Assembly (NCBI GenBank): GCA_964452565.1
Contig: CAYVLY010000002.1
Location: 22,661 to 86,660 of the forward strand
Reading direction: 5' to 3'
Length of the DNA: 64,000 nt
Origin: an uncultured Gammaproteobacteria bacterium
GTDB taxonomy: Bacteria; Patescibacteriota; Patescibacteriia; UBA9934
Under the pieces are notes generated by a model. The model worked only from the letters and a program-made list of their open reading frames with translations. It had not been told where the DNA came from and did no database searches. The translations under genes were made by a program, and so were the position numbers. Each line of letters begins with the position of its first letter. Within the stretch, counting starts at the first letter, position 1. This document shows, piece after piece, positions 21,087-30,946 of this stretch.

Positions 21087-21140
21087 GAAAACCTCCATTG
21101 CCAGCTAACCAAGGCTGACCGGGTCGGGTATCGACGCCTC

Positions 21141-21169
21141 ATATTAGCACAAGATCACTGCTGTGTCAA
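21141..21169 (-). promoter_or_regulatory. Sigma70 promoter of the alpha-CTD-like gene
   Basis: TTGACA-17 nt-TAATAT with upstream TG. Confidence 0.7.
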
Positions 21170-21232
21170 TGGTAAGCCAAATAACCCACATTTTCCCTAA
21201 CACAGGGCGCGAATCTACGCTATAATGTAGCC

Positions 21233-22270
21233 ATGGCGTTTAATGCCACGCAAACTGCAAATGCAATGGCCCGCACGCAGTTAAATAAAGAAAAGACTGC
21301 TGCACGCCGGGCAAGAACAGTAATCCCTCGTGCCAGTAGGGCTACTTTGCCTTCTAGAAAAAAACGTCGCTCCCGATCGCAAGTAAACATGTCAGCAGAG
21401 GATCCCTTCTCAGGAATGCCCCAAGAAAATCCTGAGTTAATACCAGATGGACTTCCCGGAGAACATAGAGCTGTCAATGTGATCTATCACACCGTGAGCG
21501 CAGAGGTTCGGAAAGAGTTAGAAGCCCAAGCGCGTACCAGACTTATGGCTGAACGCCAAAGAATCCGCGCTGAGATGAAATCATACCAGTTGCCTGAAAT
21601 GAAGACTGGTGGATACGAGGAGCCTGGACAGCTTGATGACATGAAAACCGCATACGAAGATGAATTCAAAAAACAAGTTCAAACTCCTGAGTTCATGAAG
21701 GCAGCCAAAGAAAAGACTGAGGGCATATACAGTAAAATGGATGCACAGCTGCGAAATAAAAAACTGAAAAAGGGAGCAAAGGCAGCTGGAAAGAAAGCTC
21801 AAGAAGCAGCTGATAAAGCTAAAAAAGTCGGCCAGGCAGGTCAAGCTGCAGGGAAACTTGGTTGGGATGCAGAGAATGCTATCAGTCTTCTTGACACAGC
21901 TGAACCAGCAGACCTTGAGATTCCGACTATCTTCACTGTAATGGTGCAGATGTACAGGGCTTGTACAGCACTATTTAATAACGGTGAGAAAATTATAAAA
22001 GGATTCCTGGGATTTCTAGAACCTACCCCGCTTTTTAGATTCTGGCATCCAAAGGATATACAAAGGGCGATTGATGAAAGCATTGATGATCCCTTGTTGG
22101 GTGGTGGTACCGAGCTGGAGAATACCATCGAATCGTTCTGTCTTGGATGGCCTGAAGCAATTATCGGATGGTTTGTGGTTGGAGTTTCAATCCTTCTAAT
22201 CGCTGGGGCAGCTATCTTCTTATTCGTTGTGGTTATGCTAGCAATAGCAACCATTGGAGCAATATTATAA
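21233..22270 (+). CDS. Hypothetical protein, basic helical N-part, C-terminal TM
   Basis: 345-aa ORF; TATAAT 6 nt upstream of ATG. Confidence 0.75.
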   Translation: MAFNATQTANAMARTQLNKEKTAARRARTVIPRASRATLPSRKKRRSRSQVNMSAEDPFSGMPQENPELIPDGLPGEHRAVNVIYHTVSAEVRKELEAQARTRLMAERQRIRAEMKSYQLPEMKTGGYEEPGQLDDMKTAYEDEFKKQVQTPEFMKAAKEKTEGIYSKMDAQLRNKKLKKGAKAAGKKAQEAADKAKKVGQAGQAAGKLGWDAENAISLLDTAEPADLEIPTIFTVMVQMYRACTALFNNGEKIIKGFLGFLEPTPLFRFWHPKDIQRAIDESIDDPLLGGGTELENTIESFCLGWPEAIIGWFVVGVSILLIAGAAIFLFVVVMLAIATIGAIL

Positions 22271-22276
22271 CGTCAT

Positions 22277-23494
22277 ATGTTGGACATGCTTACATACAAT
22301 CAAAAACGCTTACTCGGAGTCTTTGCCCTCCTGATCTCAACTGTGGCCATCGGCCTATTCCTTTTCTGGCTTTTCACAGCGCCGCCAATAATTGTTGAGG
22401 AAGAAGAGGTCATTATTGAAGAGGAAGAGCCAATAGGTGTGCTTACTGGAGCCGAAGAGGCGGAGGAACTCGTCGCTATCGAAGAAGAGGAGGAAGTTGG
22501 TCTACCAACCGCAATCGCAGTAGGCGTTGAAACATTTACACAGCAGCTAACATCTTCTGCTGTAATGTCCCCTACCATGATAGACGGGACAGGAATTGCG
22601 TTTTACAACCCACTTGATGGAAGATTCTACATGATTGATGACAGCGGTGAACTGATTGCCATGTCTTTGGAGCAATTTCCTGATGCAGAGACTGTTGTGT
22701 TTGCAGATACTGCAGATGTTGCTGCTATTGAATTTCCTGATGGAAGCAACATCATCTACGATTTTGAAACAGAAACACAAACCACCCTACCAAGTCACTG
22801 GGAAGACTTTGATTTCTCTTCGGACGGAGAAGAGGTCGCATCAAAGAGCATTAGCTCTGACCCTACGCAAAACTCACTAGTTGTAACATCAACCGATGGA
22901 TCAAAGACCGAGGTACTCACAGCGCTTGGTTCAAATGACGATAAAGTAACGGTTAACTGGTCAACTAATAATAACGTTGTTGGGTTCTCGGAAACTGGAG
23001 GAACCTCGCTGGGCTTTGGTCGTTATGAAATATATGTTATTGGAAGCGATGGACAGGAGTCTGGGAATTTGATTGTGGAAGGTGGGAACTTCTCTGCGAT
23101 TTGGTCACCAAGTAGCTCAAAGATTCTCTACTCTGTTGCATGGACTGCAAATGATGAACGCCCTTCTCTTTGGATAGTGGACGGAACAGGCGACATTGGA
23201 TCTAGTCGTGAAAACCTTGGAGTTGAGACTTGGGTGGAGAAATGCACATTCAAAAGTGACTCTGTGATCATCTGTGCAGTTCCAGATGAGGTCACTAGTG
23301 GCTCTGGCTTGGATCATAGGCTAATTGATTCGACCGACTCACTTTACGAAATCAACATAACTACTGGTTCGAAAAAGCTATTAGGATATCCCGTACTTGA
23401 TATGGAAATATCCAATCTGTACGTAAGTGATGACAACTCGATTCTATACTTTACAGATGAATACGGTCGACTTAACTACATGCGACTAGAATAA
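22277..23494 (+). CDS. Membrane-anchored acidic beta-propeller protein
   Basis: N-terminal TM; FSSDG and WSPSS blade-like motifs. Confidence 0.75.
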   Translation: MLDMLTYNQKRLLGVFALLISTVAIGLFLFWLFTAPPIIVEEEEVIIEEEEPIGVLTGAEEAEELVAIEEEEEVGLPTAIAVGVETFTQQLTSSAVMSPTMIDGTGIAFYNPLDGRFYMIDDSGELIAMSLEQFPDAETVVFADTADVAAIEFPDGSNIIYDFETETQTTLPSHWEDFDFSSDGEEVASKSISSDPTQNSLVVTSTDGSKTEVLTALGSNDDKVTVNWSTNNNVVGFSETGGTSLGFGRYEIYVIGSDGQESGNLIVEGGNFSAIWSPSSSKILYSVAWTANDERPSLWIVDGTGDIGSSRENLGVETWVEKCTFKSDSVIICAVPDEVTSGSGLDHRLIDSTDSLYEINITTGSKKLLGYPVLDMEISNLYVSDDNSILYFTDEYGRLNYMRLE

Positions 23495-23495
23495 T

Positions 23496-24140
23496 ATGAC
23501 CCAAGCAAAAAAAATCGTTACCATCTTCTCCGTACTCTTTGGAATAGTTTTTTTCGCAATGCTACTCTCATTTATTCCAGGAGATAGAATTGAGTTTACA
23601 AACCTCCCAACAGATGAGGATAGTGAACTAACCATAGATGACCGTGATCCGATTTATGGTAGCAACAATCCTGATGTATTGATTTATCATTTTGGAGATT
23701 TTTCAAACTCATCAAGTGCTGAAGTGGCAGAGTCATTAAAGAATATCGCAGATTCAACAGACAATGTGACAATAGTTTGGAAGGACTTTCCTAATACAAG
23801 CCTTGATCCAGAATCATGGAACGCATCGATTGCAGCCAGGTGTGCACAAAAACAGGATGCATTTTGGGAATTCCATGACTATCTATTTGTATACCCAAAC
23901 CAACTGTCAAATGAGCTTTATGGTGACATTGCCACTGAGCTTGGGCTATGGCAATGGTCATTTAATCGATGTTTAAGTGGTGAAAAAACTACTGACTGGG
24001 TTGAAGATAGTTACAATCAAGGTATGGATCTTTCATTAACTGCAGCGCCAACGCTATTCATCAACAGCCAACCCTATGCTGGCTATATGAGCCAATCTGA
24101 TATCGAATCTATTATTGACTCTATTCTGCTTGGGCTTTAA
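23496..24140 (+). CDS. DsbA/thioredoxin-fold protein lacking CXXC
   Basis: P.YG, FGDF, VWKDFP, AARCA..Q..FWEFHD, PTLFIN; NSSS in place of CPYC. Confidence 0.85.
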   Translation: MTQAKKIVTIFSVLFGIVFFAMLLSFIPGDRIEFTNLPTDEDSELTIDDRDPIYGSNNPDVLIYHFGDFSNSSSAEVAESLKNIADSTDNVTIVWKDFPNTSLDPESWNASIAARCAQKQDAFWEFHDYLFVYPNQLSNELYGDIATELGLWQWSFNRCLSGEKTTDWVEDSYNQGMDLSLTAAPTLFINSQPYAGYMSQSDIESIIDSILLGL

Positions 24141-24149
24141 GACGAACAT

Positions 24150-25502
24150 ATGAGGAAATTATTTCTAGCACTTCTTCTTCTACTTACACTGCCTTTACCA
24201 GTGCTTGCTGAGGACTATGAGGATTGTGATGAGGGAACAGCCGAATGCTCATGCCCGCAAGTGGATGCCTCTGGTGTAGACCAAGATGCCGTTACTTCGA
24301 TTGAGGGATGCCAGGAAGCATGTACTGCACTCGAGCCTTACGGTGAAGAGGTCTTTGGCGCGGAGATAACAAGCTATTCAGTTCAGTGCGAGATAGACGG
24401 AGTTGTTACAACTATTGGACAAGGAGCACTAACCTCAGACGAGGAGCTTATAACAATAACCACAACCGATCCGATTGCACCCGAGCTTAGTGTTGAAATC
24501 CCTGGATTGGAATTTGAGGACCCTATAGTCGTCGATGGATTTGTTGAATACAATCTTGTGGGACTCTATATTGAAGCTATGTACAAATGGGTTCTCGGTG
24601 CAGCATCTTTGTTAGCTATAGTAATGCTGATGCTTGGAGGTCTACAGTACATGCTTGCTCGTGGTAAACCCGAAGGGATTGGAAAAGCCAAAAAACGCAT
24701 CAGAAACTCGATCACTGGAATAGTACTGCTGTTTGCAGCGTTCTCTATTGCATATATGGTAGACCCTGGGAGTACGACTTTTGACAGCCTCAAAGTTACA
24801 GATCTTGAACCACTAGCCTTTGACTTCCCAAATGAAACTCCGCTAGACTTCCCTGCGGTAAGCTCATATGCACTTTCAAGTACTGCAGCAGAAGGTGGAA
24901 TTGGATGGGATGATGTTGTTATATATGATCAAAAAGCATGGCCTGATGTAGCATATGGTGAGGATGAATGTTTAACGTCATCAACTGGTAGTATTATGTC
25001 ATCTGGTTGCGGAGTTGCATCTTTTGCAATGGTTGCATCTACTATTTTGGGAGAGAGTGTTGATCCACCCTATGTTGCTGGATACTGGAAACAAGCAGGG
25101 TCATGTGAAGATGTGGGGATCGAAGGATACAGTGATAAATGCAGAGCCTGTCCAGACTCAAACGTATGCGATGGTTGTAATGGAACTTTTGGAAGCGCAA
25201 TGACACATTCAGAGCTCACACAAGCATTAGGAATCGAGGGGAGCCCAATCGGAACAGATGGATATACACTATCATCAGATGACATGTCTGATATGTATGA
25301 TAAGCTGGCCTCGGGTGACTATCTAGTAATAAGCTCTTACACAACATCATCAGGCGGTGGTCACTTTGTAGTCCTGGTTGGGGTAGATTCTGATGGAAAC
25401 TTTATGATAAACAATCCATACGGAGCAATCATGGAAACTCGTGATCCTGAAACATACTACAGTACGATGAAATCTGGATATATATTTGAAAGATACCAAT
25501 AG
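24150..25502 (+). CDS. Secreted VirB2/TrbC-like pilin domain fused to C39-like peptidase
   Basis: GGLQYMLARG..KAKKRIRNSITGIVLL pilin motif; YDQ, SGCG, GHFVV, NNP catalytic-type motifs. Confidence 0.75.
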   Translation: MRKLFLALLLLLTLPLPVLAEDYEDCDEGTAECSCPQVDASGVDQDAVTSIEGCQEACTALEPYGEEVFGAEITSYSVQCEIDGVVTTIGQGALTSDEELITITTTDPIAPELSVEIPGLEFEDPIVVDGFVEYNLVGLYIEAMYKWVLGAASLLAIVMLMLGGLQYMLARGKPEGIGKAKKRIRNSITGIVLLFAAFSIAYMVDPGSTTFDSLKVTDLEPLAFDFPNETPLDFPAVSSYALSSTAAEGGIGWDDVVIYDQKAWPDVAYGEDECLTSSTGSIMSSGCGVASFAMVASTILGESVDPPYVAGYWKQAGSCEDVGIEGYSDKCRACPDSNVCDGCNGTFGSAMTHSELTQALGIEGSPIGTDGYTLSSDDMSDMYDKLASGDYLVISSYTTSSGGGHFVVLVGVDSDGNFMINNPYGAIMETRDPETYYSTMKSGYIFERYQ

Positions 25503-25505
25503 TCT

Positions 25506-26795
25506 ATGCACAACTGTTCACACTGCGATTCGCAATTTTCAAAATGGCAGGGACGATGCACAGAATGTGGAAAATGGGGGACGATTTCTGAAGGGCAAAC
25601 ATCGCAAAGTAAAACAACTAAATCAAAAGGAGGCGCCGCACCGGCGCCGACTTTGTCTCTTGTAGATGCTGCTACTCACAATGTAAAGCATATATCAACA
25701 AATGTTGGTGAGCTTGATCGAGTTCTCTCCGGTGGACTTGTTCCCGGGTCTGTAACCCTTTTGGCTGGTGAGCCTGGTATTGGAAAGTCGACTCTAGTAG
25801 CGCAGATCGCTTACTTATTTTCATCAAAGCAGCCAGCTTACTATGTTTCAGGTGAAGAATCTCAGGGTCAGGTCGCAATGCGAATGCAGCGCCTCAAGAT
25901 TGATCCGAAAAATATAAACTTTTCAAATAGCGTCGAAGTTGATGCGATAATTAGTGCCGCACGGAAACTTAACCCATCTCTTATAATCATAGATTCGATA
26001 CAGACAATGATCGCAGCAGAGATAGATAATCTTCCCGGTACACCAACAGCGGTAAGGGCAGCAACAGCGCAATTGATCGGGTATTCAAAAGAATCCAATG
26101 TTCCGGTTTTGATTATTGGTCAGATGACTAAGGATGGGTCTGTTGCAGGTCCAAAAACACTTGAACACCTAGTTGACACAGTGCTGACGCTCGAAGGTGA
26201 CCAACAAAGTGCTTATCGGCTTTTGCGTGCTGGGAAGAATCGATTTGGCACAACAGATGAAGTTGGGATCTTTGAAATGTTGCAAACAGGGCTCCAGGGT
26301 GTTGAAAATCCTTCAGCTCGATTCCTGGAAGAACGCACACAAAACCCAGGATCAGCAGTAACTTGCATCATGGAAGGAACGCGGCCCATATTAGTTGAGG
26401 TTCAAGCTCTAGCTGAAAAAAGCTTTTTTGCTAATCCAATCCGCCGAACATCAGGCTATGATGGTTCAAGACTACAGATGCTACTTGCGATCATAGGACG
26501 CCGCGCAGGAGTGGCTGTCTCTGGATTTGATGTATATGTAAATGTAGTTGGTGGAATGAAAATCAAAGAACCTGCTGCTGATTTGGCGATCTGTGCCGCA
26601 ATCATCTCATCGATAAAAGACAAAGCTCTGCCTCAGGATTCGATAGTGTTCGGTGAGCTAGGCTTAAGCGGTGAAGTTAGATCAGTTCCCTTTTTGGAAA
26701 GACGCATCAAAGAGGCTGAGCGCCTGGGATTCTCCAAAGTCCTCTCTCCCAAAACAACAAAACAAATTTCAGAACTAAAAAACAGCCTTTCGTAA
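25506..26795 (+). CDS. radA: DNA repair protein RadA/Sms
   Basis: C4 zinc finger, GEPGIGKSTL, KNRFG. Confidence 0.97.
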   Translation: MHNCSHCDSQFSKWQGRCTECGKWGTISEGQTSQSKTTKSKGGAAPAPTLSLVDAATHNVKHISTNVGELDRVLSGGLVPGSVTLLAGEPGIGKSTLVAQIAYLFSSKQPAYYVSGEESQGQVAMRMQRLKIDPKNINFSNSVEVDAIISAARKLNPSLIIIDSIQTMIAAEIDNLPGTPTAVRAATAQLIGYSKESNVPVLIIGQMTKDGSVAGPKTLEHLVDTVLTLEGDQQSAYRLLRAGKNRFGTTDEVGIFEMLQTGLQGVENPSARFLEERTQNPGSAVTCIMEGTRPILVEVQALAEKSFFANPIRRTSGYDGSRLQMLLAIIGRRAGVAVSGFDVYVNVVGGMKIKEPAADLAICAAIISSIKDKALPQDSIVFGELGLSGEVRSVPFLERRIKEAERLGFSKVLSPKTTKQISELKNSLS

Positions 26796-26816
26796 TCACA
26801 CAAAGGCTGTTTTTTC

Positions 26817-28889
26817 CTACTCAAAATGAATCTCTTCGATATACTCCTGGACACGGTCGCGAAGTGAGGGCCAAGGATCTAAGTCTGGGCTCTCGTCAAG
26901 AATCTCTTTTGCATAATCGCGCGCAGCTGTGATCAAATCCATATCCGCATAGCTACCAAGCTTGAACTGCTCAAAGCCTGACTGGGTTGTGCCAAAAATA
27001 TTACCACCACCGCGAAGTTTCAAATCCTTATCTGCTAGTTTAAATCCATCATGCGACTCGACCACTGCTAATAGCCGCTCCTTAGCAAGCGGTGTTAGCC
27101 TTTCAGATGGATGCAAAAAACAATAACTTTGGTATTCATCACGCCCAACACGTCCTCGCAGCTGATGCAGCTGAGCCAACCCAAACCGCTCTGCCCCTTC
27201 AATAAACATCACTGTCGCATTCGGAATATCCACTCCAACCTCTACAACAGTAGTTGCGACCAACACATTAATTTCGTTGTTCAAAAACGATCGCATTACA
27301 TCATCCTTCTCCTCAGTTTTCATCTTACCGTGCAACATACCCACTGAATAATTCTTAAACGGCCCCTTTTTATACTTATCATGGATCTCATTCACAGACT
27401 TTACTCCGAGTGCATCAGACTCTTCAATGAGCGGGCACACTACAAATACTTGATGGCCGGCCTCAATCTGATCACGCATCTTTTGATAATAAGTACGCTC
27501 CTTGCCAGGGTGTACAATGTGGGTCTCGATGATCTTACGGCCTGCTGGATATTCATCCAGAATCGAGCAATCAAGATCCCCATACAAAACCAATGACAAC
27601 GATCGCGGAATCGGAGTCGCAGTCATCGATAATAAATGCGGGATGCCGTCCTTATCGCCTTGACGGTCCTTGAGCGCCTGACGTTGTTTAACCCCAAAGC
27701 GATGCTGCTCATCAACAATGATGAATCCCAGACGATTGAAAAGCACATTGTCTGACAAGAGCGCGTGGGTTCCAATAACAAAATCGATCTTGCCGTTTTT
27801 CAGAGCATCAAGCATTTGCTTCTTTGTGACCTTTTTCCCAGACACCCAACGTTTTGTGCGCGTAAACAAAGCAATGGTCAGCTTATCGCCAAACATTTCC
27901 TCCAAACCGTTTGCATGTTGTTCTGCAAGGATCTCTGTCGGAGCCAGAAGCGCTGACTGCCAACTTGCTTTAGCTGTGTTGATCGCAGCCAAAGCAGCTA
28001 CGATTGTCTTACCTGTTCCAACATCACCCTCAAGCAACCTATTCATTGGCTCTTCACGCTCCATATCCTTATAGATTGCAAACAAAGACTTCTTTTGCGC
28101 CCCAGTAAGCTCGAACGGGAGTTCACTAACAACTTTCTTAATATAGCTCTCATCAAACTTAACAGCTGATGCTTTCTTTTTCTTTAGCTCCCTTCGAGCC
28201 TTGCCGTGCAAAATCTGGTGTAGAAAAAACTCATCAAACTTCAGTCTTCGAAGGGCTTTTTCCTGTGTCGCAGTCGTATTTGGGAAATGCATGGCCCGCA
28301 TGGCTGTATGTAGATCGATAAACTTTTCTTGGTCGATAATGTCAGATGGTAGATAATCGACAACTTCATCATCGATCGACTTGAGAGCCTCTTCGGTCAC
28401 CAGGCGTCGAACCTTTTGAGTCAAACCTCCGCATAATCGATAGATTGGAACTATGCGACCAGTGTGCATAGTCTTGCGTGAGTTTCCTACAATCTCATAA
28501 GTCGGGTTCACAAGAGAGAGTCCGTACTTATCATCGATCTTTCCTGAAAGTGAAACGTTCGTACCTGTTCGAAGAGTCTTAGTAAGAAATCCTTGATGAA
28601 ACCAGATTACTTTTATCGCCCCTGTTCCATCCTGCACAATCGCCTCAGTTACAACCATACGACGATTCTTATTGCTGCGACGATTTGTGATACTCGCAAT
28701 CGTACCGCCGATAGTCACCTTCTGGCCTGGCCTTACATCAGAGATTTCGAGCTTATTAGAAAGATCATCATATCGGAATGGAAAATCATACAGAGCATCG
28801 TGCAAGGTTTTAACATTCATGCGCGAAAAATCCCGGGCCTTAACCTGCCCGATTCCCTTCACGTAACGAACTTCTTTATCTAAATTCAT
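26817..28889 (-). CDS. recG: ATP-dependent DNA helicase RecG
   Basis: GDVGTGKT, DEQHRFGV, MTATPIPR, QLRGRVGR; start at MNLDKEV. Confidence 0.97.
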   Translation of the reverse strand: MNLDKEVRYVKGIGQVKARDFSRMNVKTLHDALYDFPFRYDDLSNKLEISDVRPGQKVTIGGTIASITNRRSNKNRRMVVTEAIVQDGTGAIKVIWFHQGFLTKTLRTGTNVSLSGKIDDKYGLSLVNPTYEIVGNSRKTMHTGRIVPIYRLCGGLTQKVRRLVTEEALKSIDDEVVDYLPSDIIDQEKFIDLHTAMRAMHFPNTTATQEKALRRLKFDEFFLHQILHGKARRELKKKKASAVKFDESYIKKVVSELPFELTGAQKKSLFAIYKDMEREEPMNRLLEGDVGTGKTIVAALAAINTAKASWQSALLAPTEILAEQHANGLEEMFGDKLTIALFTRTKRWVSGKKVTKKQMLDALKNGKIDFVIGTHALLSDNVLFNRLGFIIVDEQHRFGVKQRQALKDRQGDKDGIPHLLSMTATPIPRSLSLVLYGDLDCSILDEYPAGRKIIETHIVHPGKERTYYQKMRDQIEAGHQVFVVCPLIEESDALGVKSVNEIHDKYKKGPFKNYSVGMLHGKMKTEEKDDVMRSFLNNEINVLVATTVVEVGVDIPNATVMFIEGAERFGLAQLHQLRGRVGRDEYQSYCFLHPSERLTPLAKERLLAVVESHDGFKLADKDLKLRGGGNIFGTTQSGFEQFKLGSYADMDLITAARDYAKEILDESPDLDPWPSLRDRVQEYIEEIHFE

Positions 28890-28930
28890 AACTTTAGCTT
28901 CATATAAGTGTAGCAAATATCAAGGTTTTA

Positions 28931-28962
28931 TCAAAAACTACCAACGTGTAACGTTGGTAGTT
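28931..28962. repeat. Solo REP-like palindrome matching the end of the RAYT at 45101
   Basis: Exact 32-bp reverse complement of 45016-45047 (AACTACCAACGT-nnn-ACGTTGGTAGTT). Confidence 0.9.
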
Positions 28963-29014
28963 GGGGTTGCCAAAATCCCTTTTTTAAGCTATTCTATCGG
29001 GGCAAATAACAAAT

Positions 29015-29280
<266 letters not shown>

Positions 29281-29331
29281 AAAAACCAGCGTTTATCGCT
29301 GGTTTTTTGATTATAAGGCTTATTACATGTT

Positions 29332-29527
29332 TTAATCCCGCAAGATGATCATCGCTGCATCATAGTATTCTTTCACAAACTTATTTCCATAATCTGAGAG
29401 CTTCTTATAGCTTCTTTGCATACCGCACAACCGGTTGAAAATGCTCTGTGAAGCATCCTTGAAATATATTCGTCCCCTTCTCAGACTCCTCCTTTACATG
29501 TTCTTGAACTATTTTCGTGATATTCAT
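29332..29527 (-). pseudogene. Internally deleted HD-domain-like gene remnant
   Basis: ATGA overlap with NUDIX stop; MNITKIVQEHVKEES..EHFQPVVRYAKKL* followed by out-of-frame SYKKLSDYGNKFVKEYYDAAMIILRD*. Confidence 0.5.
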
Positions 29528-29952
29528 AAATTAAATTTTTCTATTACTTGATAAAAAACTTCCCTCAAATCATCAAACGTAAGCGCATCTCGTGCCTCCG
29601 ATGCGCTCATCCATGTAGCACTCTTTAATTCGCTTGTAGGCGCAATTTGATCAGTGTCCGATATGTCTGCTAAGAAAACTTTGTATTCGCCCTTTGATCC
29701 AACTCGATCTTTTTTCCACTCTCCAAAAATAAACTCATGAACAAGGTCTGTTTCTTGTAGCTCATATTGATCAGGCTTGAGGCCTAACTCTTCCTTAACT
29801 TCACGCTGTGCAGTTTCGATCAGTGAATCGTCAATCTCATCAGCTGCACCGCCTACAAAACTAAAATTGCCAGTCTTGGCATTCTCTACAACTAAAAACC
29901 GAAGCCCTTGCTCGGTTTTTTTATAGAAAATAACAATAGCGCCTTTCATCAT
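29524..29952 (-). CDS. NUDIX hydrolase
   Basis: GG....D.SLIETAQREVKEELGL Nudix box. Confidence 0.9.
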   Translation of the reverse strand: MMKGAIVIFYKKTEQGLRFLVVENAKTGNFSFVGGAADEIDDSLIETAQREVKEELGLKPDQYELQETDLVHEFIFGEWKKDRVGSKGEYKVFLADISDTDQIAPTSELKSATWMSASEARDALTFDDLREVFYQVIEKFNL

Positions 29953-30019
29953 ACCCCTACATCTTACTCTATCCGATCAAATCAAAAAAGACCCCACGGC
30001 CTCGACAAACTCGATGGCA

Positions 30020-30052
30020 ACCCCCTCCAGCTCCCCCTTGGGAAGGGGGAGA
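30020..30052. repeat. CCCCT..CCTT-nn-AAGGGG repeat, single copy
   Basis: ACCCCCTCCAGCTCCCCCTTGGGAAGGGGGAGA; relatives at 38364, 59369 and 60571. Confidence 0.75.
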
Positions 30053-30070
30053 GGCAAGTCGCTTGTTTGA

Positions 30071-30946
30071 TTAAATTGATTCAGCTAGAAGCTTTGAGGT
30101 CGATACAACCGATAAGAACTTGAGCTTGTTCTTTTGAGGAATGGTATCTGTTACAACGATCCGACTCATACTAGACCGTTTGAGATTCTTAAGTGCGTTT
30201 TTCGAAAAGATGCCGTGCGTTGCTACAACGCTAACCGATAGTGCACCGCGGCGTTTCAGAAGTTTAGCAGCAGCAATGAGTGTCCCACCAGTGTCGATCA
30301 TGTCGTCGACGATCACTGCGTCCCTACCCCTCACATTTCCTGTGAGCTTCGTAGCTACAACCTTTCCTGGCTTTGGCCTTTTCTTCTCAACTACTGCAAC
30401 TGACTTGGTTCCATACAGCTTTGCCATGGCCTTGGCTCTTTTGATTGCGCCTTTGTCAGGTGAGACGAACACAGGGTCCTTGAGTTTCCAACTCTTGATC
30501 TTTGGTAAAAACAGAGGTAAGGCCGACATATTAACCACTGGGATCTTGAAGTATGAAATGGCCTTGTCGCTGTGCGCATCGACTATGACGACCTTCTTAA
30601 CTCCAGCAGATTCAATCATGCCGGCAACAACCTCTGCAGCCACAGAGCTCATTATCCGATCGGTTCGATCTTGTCGTGCATATCCAAGGTACGGAACAAC
30701 CGCGATAGGCTTCTTTTTACCTTTATGTCTTACAGCGTTCGACAAAAGTAAAAAATCAAAAAAATTCTGATCAGGCTGCTGGAGTGATCCAAAGACTACA
30801 GGCTGATCTCGCAAGGATCTTGCAACGATCTGAGCGCATCGTTCTCCGCATGCAAATGTCTGAAATCGCGCAACCTCGACCTTGGTCTTTGCAGCCTTGG
30901 CCACTTTACGCGCAAGTTGCGGATTTGATTGTGTAGATAAGATCAT
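30071..30946 (-). CDS. prs: Ribose-phosphate pyrophosphokinase
   Basis: PYLGYARQDR, VSPDKG, VDDMIDTGGT, THGIFS. Confidence 0.95.
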   Translation of the reverse strand: MILSTQSNPQLARKVAKAAKTKVEVARFQTFACGERCAQIVARSLRDQPVVFGSLQQPDQNFFDFLLLSNAVRHKGKKKPIAVVPYLGYARQDRTDRIMSSVAAEVVAGMIESAGVKKVVIVDAHSDKAISYFKIPVVNMSALPLFLPKIKSWKLKDPVFVSPDKGAIKRAKAMAKLYGTKSVAVVEKKRPKPGKVVATKLTGNVRGRDAVIVDDMIDTGGTLIAAAKLLKRRGALSVSVVATHGIFSKNALKNLKRSSMSRIVVTDTIPQKNKLKFLSVVSTSKLLAESI

